Below the pieces are notes generated by a model. The model saw only the letters and a list, made by a program, of their open reading frames with translations, was not told the DNA's origin and did not search any database. A DNA stretch of 64,000 nt from contig CAZMIM010000003.1 in the NCBI GenBank assembly GCA_964566505.1, positions 16,463 through 80,462 of the forward strand, read 5' to 3'. Every line of letters begins with the position of its first letter. The stretch's first letter is position 1. The position numbers were made by a program, and so were the translations under genes. Positions 56,740 to 64,000 of this stretch are shown in pieces. The DNA is from an uncultured Candidatus Saccharibacteria bacterium (lineage in GTDB: Bacteria; Patescibacteriota; Minisyncoccia; Phycocordibacterales; PCTT01).

Positions 56740-57815
56740 TAGGAAGATATTATAGAGATTTGCATAAAAAAGTATCTCCGCTTCTTTCTAATGATATTGG
56801 TATTGATTTAGGAACAGCAAATACGCTTTTGTATGTGCGTGGAAAAGGAATTGTTCTCAACGAGCCCTCAGTTGTAGCACTTAACCAAAAGACAGGACAA
56901 ATCGTAGATATTGGTTTAGGAGCCAAAGAAATGCTTGGTCGTACACCTGGGCATATTGTTGCCATAAAACCTCTTGTTGATGGTGTGGTGTCTGACTATG
57001 AGGTAACAGAGGAGATGCTTGCATATCTTCTCAACCGTGCACAAGAGCATGTGTCTAGAAAAATTGTGGGCCCACGAGTGATTGTGGGTGTGCCTTCGGG
57101 TATCACCAATGTTGAGCGTCGCGCAGTACGAGACGCTGCAAAAGGCGCAGGAGCACGAGAGGTATACATAGTAGAGGAGCCAATGGCATCTGCTGTAGGT
57201 ATTCGTCTGCCTATTTATGAGCCAGTTGGTTCTATGGTGGTAGACATTGGTGGAGGTACTACAGACATTGCCATCATCTCACTCGGCGGTTTGGTAGTTT
57301 CAAAAAATCTTACTATCGCAGGAGATAGATTCAACAAAGACATCATTAGCTATGTGCGTGATGAGTTTAAAATTTTGATAGGGGAGAAAACTGCCGAGTA
57401 TCTAAAACTCACAACTACATCTATTACTGTTCCAGAAAAGCCAATCGAGACCATAGTGAAGGGAAGAGACTTGGTTACTGGTTTGCCACGAGAGATTACT
57501 GTTACTGATGCTGATATACGAGAAGCTCTATCACACTCCATTGATGCGCTCATTGAAGCGATTAAGGCGGTGATGGAAAGTGCACCACCTGAAATTCTTG
57601 GTGATGTTATGCAAAGAGGAATGTTTTTGGTAGGAGGTGGCTCACTGTTGCGCGGACTTTCTGAGTTTTTGACTGACTGGCTTAAGATACCGGTATATCA
57701 AAGTGATGAGCCACTAACTGCAGTTGCTCGTGGTACGGGTATTATTTTGGAGAATCTAGAGAATTATCAGGATGTTTTGATAGAAGACGATGAAGAGATT
57801 CCTATCCACAGCTAA
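56736..57815 (+). CDS. mreB: rod-shape determining protein MreB (copy 2, in mreBCD cluster)
   Basis: GIDLGTANTLLYV, DIGGGTTDIAI, LVGGGSLL. Its ATG overlaps the proS stop (ATGA). Confidence 0.88.
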   Translation: MIGRYYRDLHKKVSPLLSNDIGIDLGTANTLLYVRGKGIVLNEPSVVALNQKTGQIVDIGLGAKEMLGRTPGHIVAIKPLVDGVVSDYEVTEEMLAYLLNRAQEHVSRKIVGPRVIVGVPSGITNVERRAVRDAAKGAGAREVYIVEEPMASAVGIRLPIYEPVGSMVVDIGGGTTDIAIISLGGLVVSKNLTIAGDRFNKDIISYVRDEFKILIGEKTAEYLKLTTTSITVPEKPIETIVKGRDLVTGLPREITVTDADIREALSHSIDALIEAIKAVMESAPPEILGDVMQRGMFLVGGGSLLRGLSEFLTDWLKIPVYQSDEPLTAVARGTGIILENLENYQDVLIEDDEEIPIHS

Positions 57816-58611
57816 AAGAAATAAGTTTTCTCGAAGAAAGAAGCTTTCACTCCGAACTCGGATTATTTCCGGGTTTGTTTTGGTGATTGTTTTTATATCA
57901 CTTGTTGCGCCTAGGTTTATGAGCAATGTCACACATGCAATTGGTGGTCCTTTGTGGAAATTTAAAACACAGCGAATAGACAACTCAGTTATGGCGAGCA
58001 TTGTTTCATATTTTGGTTCAAAGAGTGGTTTAGAAAAAGAAAACAAACAGCTAAAGGATAAAGTTTCAGAGCTTGAAATGAAGCTTGTGGATTATGATGT
58101 AATAAAAAGTGAAAATGATTCTCTTCGAACATCGCTTGGTATGAGAAGCATAAATGACGATGTTGTGTTTGCGTATGTTTTGAAAAGACCTTCTGCTACT
58201 CCGTATGACACGCTAGTGCTTGGTGCTGGTATTACAGAAGGGGTTCGTGTCGGTGATGGAGTAAGAGTAGGCGGCACACAATACATAGGTACTATTACGA
58301 GAGTAAACAACAATACATCTATTGCAACACTGTATTCTACTCCAGAAAATACACATGAGGTTGTGATTGCAGATATTCTTAGCGGAACAGCGGAAGGTAT
58401 TGGAAATGGAAACTTTTTGATTACTCTTCCTCGTGATATTTCAGTTTCAGAGGGGATGTCTGTGCGACTTTCTTCTTTCCCTCGAACACTTCTAGGGTTT
58501 ATTGAATCAGTAGAGAAAGAGCCGTCTGAATCATTCCAAGATATTTTAGTAAGAAGTCCAATACGTATCCAAACACTTAACCATGTATTTATCACTCGAT
58601 CGTCACAATAA
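57790..58611 (+). CDS. mreC: rod-shape determining protein MreC
   Basis: N-terminal TM helix, coiled coil (KENKQLKDKVSELEMKL), beta-rich C-domain; position after mreB. Confidence 0.75.
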   Translation: MKRFLSTAKRNKFSRRKKLSLRTRIISGFVLVIVFISLVAPRFMSNVTHAIGGPLWKFKTQRIDNSVMASIVSYFGSKSGLEKENKQLKDKVSELEMKLVDYDVIKSENDSLRTSLGMRSINDDVVFAYVLKRPSATPYDTLVLGAGITEGVRVGDGVRVGGTQYIGTITRVNNNTSIATLYSTPENTHEVVIADILSGTAEGIGNGNFLITLPRDISVSEGMSVRLSSFPRTLLGFIESVEKEPSESFQDILVRSPIRIQTLNHVFITRSSQ

Positions 58612-58870
58612 ATGGGTTCGTATTATATTTGATGCCTGTGTGCTCTTGAGCGCATTTATGCTTTCTTGGTGGTTTACGGCCATTTTGGCAATCATAGGGG
58701 TGCTATGGTTTGAAAACTTTTATGAGCTCTTGCTCGTAGGGCTTTTGATCGATCTCTTGTATGGAGCCAGTCTTTCGATAAAACCCTTTACTCTTTGGTT
58801 TACATTTTTTGGAGTATTGCTATTTTCTCTGTCGCGACCAATCAAAAAACAACTTAGATATTATTCATGA
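58583..58870 (+). CDS. mreD: MreD-like small membrane protein
   Basis: 95 aa, three TM helices; sits between mreC and the PBP2 gene. Confidence 0.55.
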   Translation: MYLSLDRHNKWVRIIFDACVLLSAFMLSWWFTAILAIIGVLWFENFYELLLVGLLIDLLYGASLSIKPFTLWFTFFGVLLFSLSRPIKKQLRYYS

Positions 58871-60546
58871 GAAAGCGTTTTCGAAAATTTTCATATAGAG
58901 ATATTGCTCCTGATGAAATTTTTCTTGATGCACGAAATGCCCCTCGTTTTGATAAACATCAGCTCGAAGGTCGTCTGGAAAAGCCTATATCAGAGCGAAC
59001 ACCCCGAATGGTAGGAGGCCTCTTTTTGTTGGTGGTACTTATTTTCTCAGGACAACTATTTTTGCTTCAGGTAAAAAATGGAGATGCATACCTTGATCAA
59101 AGTGAGAACAATTCTCTTCGGCACGATGTTTTGTTTGCAGATAGGGGAATAATATATGACAGAAATGGAGTTGAGCTTGCGTGGAATGAGCCAAACACAG
59201 AAGACGAGTACTCTCTTCGAAAATATAATTCGCTCTCAGGTCTTGCTCATGTACTCGGATATGTTACATATCCACAAAAAGATGAGCGAGGATACTATTT
59301 CCAACAGGAATATGTTGGAACAACAGGAGTAGAAGAAGGGTATGAGGAGTTGCTTTCCGGTGAGAATGGTATTCGTATTCGTGAGCGCGATGTATTTCTT
59401 GATGTAGTTTCAGAAAGCACCATTAATGAGCCACACAATGGAGATGATGTGATTCTCACAATAGATGCTCGAGTACAACACAATCTTTATGAATTTATAC
59501 GCGATTTGGCTCTTCGTACTGGCTTCCAAGGGGGCGCTGGTGTTTTGATGGACATTCACACAGGAGAGATAATTGCGCTTACGAGCTATCCAGAATATTC
59601 GCCACAAGTAATGACAGATGGAGACGACAGAGAAAGAATAAACAGATATCTTGAAAACCAATACACCCCGTTTCTGAACAGGGCAACAAATGGTCTTTAT
59701 ACACCAGGGTCTATAGTGAAGCCTTTTGTGGCACTTGGTGCACTCAATGAGGAGGTAATAACTCCTGAGAAAACTATTTTAAGTACTGGCAGTATACGAC
59801 TACCAAATCCATACAATCCAGAGCTTTTCTCAATTTTTACCGACTGGAAGGCCCATGGAAATGTAAATGTAAAAGATGCGCTTGCTGTGTCTTCTAATAT
59901 TTATTTCTATGAAGTTGCAGGGGGGTATGAAGACCAGATAGGTATTGGTATTACAAAACTCGAAGAATACATACGAGCATTTGGGGTGGGAGAGAGAACA
60001 AATATAAAAGGAATTAGTGAAGTAGATGGTGTTGTGCCAAATCCAGACTGGAAGGAAGAAAATTTTGAAGATGGTGTTTGGCGTGTGGGAGATACATATA
60101 ACACAGCTATTGGTCAGTATGGTTTTCAAGTTACGCCAATTCAGATGGCTCGAGCAGTTGCAGGAATTGCTTCAGGAGGAGAGCTTGTTCGCCCTAAAAT
60201 AAATCTAAATGAAAAAACACAAAAATCATCAGTATCTATAAATGTTTCATCTGAACATCTAGAGACTGTACAAGATGGAATGCGTCTTGGTGTAACTGCT
60301 GGTATTGCACAAGCACTCAATGTTCCTTTTGTAAAAGTTGCTGCAAAAACAGGTACTGCAGAGCTTGGTGTATCTAAAAAGCTTGTAAACTCATGGATTA
60401 CAGGGTTTTATCCTTACCTTGATCCCCAGTATGCTTTTGCTGTAGTGATGGAGCGTGGTCCTAGCACAAACCTCACTGGCGCAGTGTTTGTGATGAGGAA
60501 TTTGCTTGAGTGGATGGCACTTGAGGCACCTGAGTATCTAGAGTAG
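58867..60546 (+). CDS. mrdA: penicillin-binding protein 2 (elongasome transpeptidase)
   Basis: N-terminal TM helix and dimerisation domain; transpeptidase motifs S-x-x-K (SIVKPF), SSN (VSSNIYF) and KTG (KTGTAE). Confidence 0.85.
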   Translation: MRKRFRKFSYRDIAPDEIFLDARNAPRFDKHQLEGRLEKPISERTPRMVGGLFLLVVLIFSGQLFLLQVKNGDAYLDQSENNSLRHDVLFADRGIIYDRNGVELAWNEPNTEDEYSLRKYNSLSGLAHVLGYVTYPQKDERGYYFQQEYVGTTGVEEGYEELLSGENGIRIRERDVFLDVVSESTINEPHNGDDVILTIDARVQHNLYEFIRDLALRTGFQGGAGVLMDIHTGEIIALTSYPEYSPQVMTDGDDRERINRYLENQYTPFLNRATNGLYTPGSIVKPFVALGALNEEVITPEKTILSTGSIRLPNPYNPELFSIFTDWKAHGNVNVKDALAVSSNIYFYEVAGGYEDQIGIGITKLEEYIRAFGVGERTNIKGISEVDGVVPNPDWKEENFEDGVWRVGDTYNTAIGQYGFQVTPIQMARAVAGIASGGELVRPKINLNEKTQKSSVSINVSSEHLETVQDGMRLGVTAGIAQALNVPFVKVAAKTGTAELGVSKKLVNSWITGFYPYLDPQYAFAVVMERGPSTNLTGAVFVMRNLLEWMALEAPEYLE

Positions 60547-60607
60547 GTTTGATTTGACTTTCAAGTACTGGTCGCTTATAGTATGTGCTTAATAACCACC
60601 CCAAAAC

Positions 60608-61078
60608 ATGCCAGAAGAAGAGCAATATATTACAAAAGAAAAGAAAGAACAGCTTCAAGAGGAGCTTGTTTATCTCACCACAAAGCGACGAAAAGAAGTT
60701 GCAGAGCAACTTGATTATGCAAAGTCACTAGGAGATCTTTCTGAGAACGCTGAATATCATCAGGCTCGACAAGACCAAGCTATGCTAGAAGATAGAATTC
60801 GAGAAATCGAAGGAATGCTTAAATATGCTCAAGTTATTGATCACAAGAAATCTGATGTGGTAGAGGTTGGTTCTACTGTAGAGATTCGAAAATCTCGAGA
60901 ACGAAAGACACGAGAGTTTACTATTGTAGGAAAAGAAGAGTCAGACATGGCCACTGCTCGTATTTCAAATCTATCACCGCTTGCACAAGCTATGCTTGGC
61001 AAGAAGAAGGGAGAGAAGTTTACATTCAAAACACCAGCCGGTGAGGATGTTACCTATACGATAGAGAAGGTTAAGTAG
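60608..61078 (+). CDS. greA: transcription elongation factor GreA
   Basis: N-terminal coiled coil with acidic tip (DLSENAEYHQARQDQ), C-terminal FKBP-like domain. Confidence 0.9.
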   Translation: MPEEEQYITKEKKEQLQEELVYLTTKRRKEVAEQLDYAKSLGDLSENAEYHQARQDQAMLEDRIREIEGMLKYAQVIDHKKSDVVEVGSTVEIRKSRERKTREFTIVGKEESDMATARISNLSPLAQAMLGKKKGEKFTFKTPAGEDVTYTIEKVK

Positions 61079-61081
61079 GAT

Positions 61082-61155
61082 TTAGCCACTAGCGACTAGG
61101 GGCTAAGAAAACCAACGGCTCAACTTATAGAAGTTGAGCCGTTGGTTTTTGTTTG
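61082..61155 (+). terminator. double hairpin terminator after greA (TTAGCC..GGCTAA; CCAACGGCTCAACTT-ATAG-AAGTTGAGCCGTTGG plus T-run)
   Basis: Second hairpin is a 17-bp perfect stem of the GCTCA..TGAGC family followed by TTTTTGTTT. Confidence 0.8.
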
Positions 61156-61241
61156 GGAGAACCATGTTATCTCAAACATTGACAGAATAGAAAGTTATGA
61201 TATTATATCTATGAGTAGAACCTTAATAAACGGAGAATCAA

Positions 61242-61649
61242 ATGACTCTCAAGGAAAAACTTGAAAGCTGGTCGCAGTGGCAGTACTCAGTATTGGTGAC
61301 CTTGTTCATTTTTTCTGTGTATTCTGTTATGTTGTATGCTACACATAATACTCAAACAGCAGCACTAGGAGTATTTTCCGTGTCGGCATTGGCAACAATA
61401 GCGGTTTTAATCGTATCGATCGAGGGAGTGCTAGCAGGAGTCGTAGCATTCTTAGTAGGTTTCATAGCAATGGCGGAAGGAGTAATTTTAGAAATCGTAG
61501 TAGTAATAGTTGTAATAGTGTTACTTGCAACAGTCGTTGCAAGTGAAAAAGAAACCTCAAGGTTATGGGTCACTACTACGGCAATTGTTCAAGCTGTTGT
61601 CATGTACGGACTCTTTGAGCTAGCAAATCACTTAATCTTGAAAGCTTAG
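61242..61649 (+). CDS. small membrane protein with internal hydrophobic repeats, hypothetical
   Basis: 135 aa, four TM helices. Confidence 0.35.
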   Translation: MTLKEKLESWSQWQYSVLVTLFIFSVYSVMLYATHNTQTAALGVFSVSALATIAVLIVSIEGVLAGVVAFLVGFIAMAEGVILEIVVVIVVIVLLATVVASEKETSRLWVTTTAIVQAVVMYGLFELANHLILKA

Positions 61650-61743
61650 ACGCTTTTCAAGAAACAAACCCCACTCACCGTTGGTGATATGGGGTTTTGT
61701 TTTATACTAGATACTAAATACCACATACTATATACTATTTAAT

Positions 61744-63210
61744 ATGGCATCACTTGAAGAGCTTCGCCAAGAGCGAATAAAAAAGATGAAAACACTCCAA
61801 GAGAAAGGGATAGATGTATATCCTGCGCGAACTAATCGCACTCTTTATATTGATGAATTTCTAAAAGATTTCCAAAAACATGAAGAGGCTAAAGATTCTC
61901 ATTGGCTTGTGGGGCGCGTAATGTCTGTAAGGGGGCATGGTGGCTCTGCGTTCGTAGATATATTCGATGGAACAGAGAAAATCCAGTGTTTCCTAAAAGA
62001 GGACAACATGGATAGCGATGCATTCGCACTTTTTATGGAAACGATTGATATGGGAGATTTTATAGAATGTTCTGGAACCGCATTTACAACCAAAAAAGGA
62101 CAACCGTCTCTTTTAGTAGAAAAATGGAACATTCTTTCAAAGAGCTTGCGACCACTTCCAGAGAAGTGGCATGGCCTTGTGGATGAGGAGGAGCGTTTCC
62201 GAAAGCGATATCTTGATATGCTTACCAACTCAGAAGTGAGAGGTATGGTATACAAAAGATCAAAGTTTTGGAATGCTACACGACAATTTTTGATGGATAA
62301 AGGTTTTCTAGAGGTAGAGACTCCAGTACTTGAGGCAACAGCAGGAGGTGCTGATGCACGACCTTTTGAGACACACCACAATGCGCTTGATATGGATGTG
62401 TATCTTCGTATTTCAGCAGGGGAGCTATGGCAGAAAAAGCTTATGGTTGCAGGATTTCCGAAAGTATTTGAAATTGGACGAATTTTTAGAAATGAAGGTA
62501 TGTCACATGAACACCTTCAAGACTACACACAGCTTGAGTTTTATTGGGCATATGCAGATTATCAAATGGGAATGGATTTGGTGCGCGATATGTATAGCTT
62601 CATAGCAGAAGAAACAATAGGAACACAGCAATTTAGTGTAGGAGATTTTGAGATAGATCTTTCAAAAGAGTGGGAGATATTTGACTACAGAGATACGATA
62701 AAGCGTTTTACTGATGTAGATATAGATAAGGCAGAATTTGGTGAGCTTACAGAAAAGCTCGACGAGCTGGGGGTATCATATGACAAAGATGGTTTTAATG
62801 AGGTGCGAGCAATAGATACACTATGGAAGTATTGTCGTAAACAAATAGCTGGTCCTGGATTTTTGGTAAACATTCCAAAAGAAGTATCACCACTTGCCAA
62901 AACAAGTCGTGATGATATGCGTGTGGTGGAGCAGTTTCAGCCAATTATTGCTGGCTCAGAGGTAGGGAAGGGATATAGCGAGCTAAATGACCCAATAGAC
63001 CAAGACGATCGTTTTAAAGCACAGCAAGCTCTTCGAGATGCAGGTGACGACGAGGCTCAGATGCACGACCACAGCTTTGTAGAGGCTCTTGAGTACGGTA
63101 TGCCACCTACTTGTGGCTTTGGTATGAGTGAGCGATTCTTTGCATTTTTGATGGATAAATCAGTGCGTGAGACACAGCTATTTCCACTCATGAGACCAAA
63201 AGAAGAATAG
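61744..63210 (+). CDS. lysS: lysine--tRNA ligase (class II)
   Basis: N-terminal OB anticodon-binding domain; motif 2 FRNEGMSHEHLQDYTQLEFY, motif 3 GFGMSERF. Confidence 0.9.
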   Translation: MASLEELRQERIKKMKTLQEKGIDVYPARTNRTLYIDEFLKDFQKHEEAKDSHWLVGRVMSVRGHGGSAFVDIFDGTEKIQCFLKEDNMDSDAFALFMETIDMGDFIECSGTAFTTKKGQPSLLVEKWNILSKSLRPLPEKWHGLVDEEERFRKRYLDMLTNSEVRGMVYKRSKFWNATRQFLMDKGFLEVETPVLEATAGGADARPFETHHNALDMDVYLRISAGELWQKKLMVAGFPKVFEIGRIFRNEGMSHEHLQDYTQLEFYWAYADYQMGMDLVRDMYSFIAEETIGTQQFSVGDFEIDLSKEWEIFDYRDTIKRFTDVDIDKAEFGELTEKLDELGVSYDKDGFNEVRAIDTLWKYCRKQIAGPGFLVNIPKEVSPLAKTSRDDMRVVEQFQPIIAGSEVGKGYSELNDPIDQDDRFKAQQALRDAGDDEAQMHDHSFVEALEYGMPPTCGFGMSERFFAFLMDKSVRETQLFPLMRPKEE

Positions 63211-63227
63211 TTATAAAAAAGAAATAA

Positions 63228-63262
63228 AAACACCTCGCGATTTTTCGCGGGGTGTTTTGTGT
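63228..63262 (+). terminator. intrinsic terminator after lysS
   Basis: CACCTCGCGA-TTTTT-CGCGGGGTG hairpin followed by TTTTGTG. Confidence 0.6.
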
Positions 63263-63267
63263 AAGGA

Positions 63268-63296
63268 TTGACTTTTAGCTTTAAATATGGTAATAA
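63268..63296 (+). promoter_or_regulatory. putative sigma-70 promoter TTGACT-17-TAATAA for the downstream secreted-protein gene
   Basis: Consensus-like -35 and AT-rich -10 with 17-nt spacing, about 60 nt before the ATG at 63359. Confidence 0.35.
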
Positions 63297-63358
63297 TAGC
63301 TCCGGTAATCAATGAACTTTTCAAAACAAATGCCCCATATGGGGCGGAGTAAATACTC

Positions 63359-64000
63359 ATGAAACGCTTTATTGCGTCTTTCGTGCTTCTGCTCCTGTTC
63401 TCTACAGGGAGTGCGTTGGGGCAGAACAAGCAGGCAAAGATCGTGTCTCCGGCGCAAGCCGATGAGATTGATCTGACTGCAAACGGAAAAGTTTTCTTCG
63501 TCGATGCTGAGCCTGTGGTTTGGCGAGAAGAGGACTACGGTATTCGTGTGTTTTTTGGCGATGGCTCTGAGCTTTTCGTTAAAACGCAAACGGTTCTTGC
63601 ATCCGGAAAATCTGGATGTGGAGCACTCCCTGATCCTTATATCACGTTTTCACCAGCTACGGCTGTGTCGAGTTCGCGGTATGAGTTTTCACAGGATATC
63701 GGATCTGTACAGCGTGGTAACGGTGACTTCACCGTAACTGCGTATCGGTATACGTCTGCTACCACAACGGTGGCAGAAAGTCCGTCTGTTGTGTACTTCC
63801 AGTATAGTACGGCTTCGGCCGGCACTAGATTGGTTGCTATTGCAAACTACACAGATCCTTCTGTTGCTGGTTCACAGTGTCGTGCAACACAAACGACCCT
63901 GTATTCCAACATTCAGAACGGTTCTGGTGGTGGAAACACAGCACCGGTATTCACCAGTACTCCACCTAATGCCAACTTGGATGTAGGAGATTCTTACTCC
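63359..64000 (+). CDS. secreted Thr/Ser-rich protein, partial (continues past window end)
   Basis: ATG at 63359, signal peptide MKRFIASFVLLLLFSTGSALG. Frame stays open for 214 codons to the window end. GC-richer than the host genes, and not in the ORF track because there is no stop codon. Confidence 0.5.
   Translation, partial: MKRFIASFVLLLLFSTGSALGQNKQAKIVSPAQADEIDLTANGKVFFVDAEPVVWREEDYGIRVFFGDGSELFVKTQTVLASGKSGCGALPDPYITFSPATAVSSSRYEFSQDIGSVQRGNGDFTVTAYRYTSATTTVAESPSVVYFQYSTASAGTRLVAIANYTDPSVAGSQCRATQTTLYSNIQNGSGGGNTAPVFTSTPPNANLDVGDSYS

Noticed and set aside
61352-61573. Internal DNA repeats (gtagtagtaatagttgtaatagtg, ttgcaacagtcgttgcaa) within 61242-61649
   Set aside because: They encode repeated hydrophobic VVIVV/LATVVA segments of a membrane protein and the frame is preserved, so there is no evidence of a separate repeat element.

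Overview
This is a 64 kb, gene-dense, AT-rich bacterial chromosome segment, mostly housekeeping. The gene repertoire (a four-helix-bundle 23S-IVS protein, short aminoacyl-tRNA synthetases, minimal metabolism, many small membrane proteins) suggests a small-genome, Patescibacteria-like organism; that is inference, not a database result. Core genes include valS, tsaD, ftsA-ftsZ, ybeY, rpsU, lepB, pth, rpsA, rpoB-rpoC, dnaG-rpoD, a UvrD-type helicase fused to an Fe-S PD-(D/E)xK nuclease, two truB paralogs, mscL, uppP, msrA/msrB, hpf, a cyclophilin, def-fmt, two mreB copies with mreCD-mrdA, frr, rseP, proS, greA and lysS. There are two tRNA genes: a tRNA-Glu(UUC) abutting the tsaD start, and a tRNA interrupted by a roughly 264-nt group I intron. 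The most unusual stretch is 44.85-46.45 kb. It is a small accessory islet next to the intron-containing tRNA, with two orphan genes bracketed by copies of a 13-nt motif, one copy sitting inside a sequence resembling a type I-E CRISPR repeat hairpin. Other points of interest: two sharply GC-rich islands (53.8-55.3 kb and 63.36 kb to the window end) encoding Thr/Ser-rich secreted proteins; GC-rich structured noncoding regions around the def-fmt operon; an MsrA whose catalytic Cys is replaced by Tyr; a sigma-70 with a histone-H1-like basic N-terminal tail; and a dispersed family of near-identical palindromic terminator hairpins. No CRISPR array or cas genes were found.
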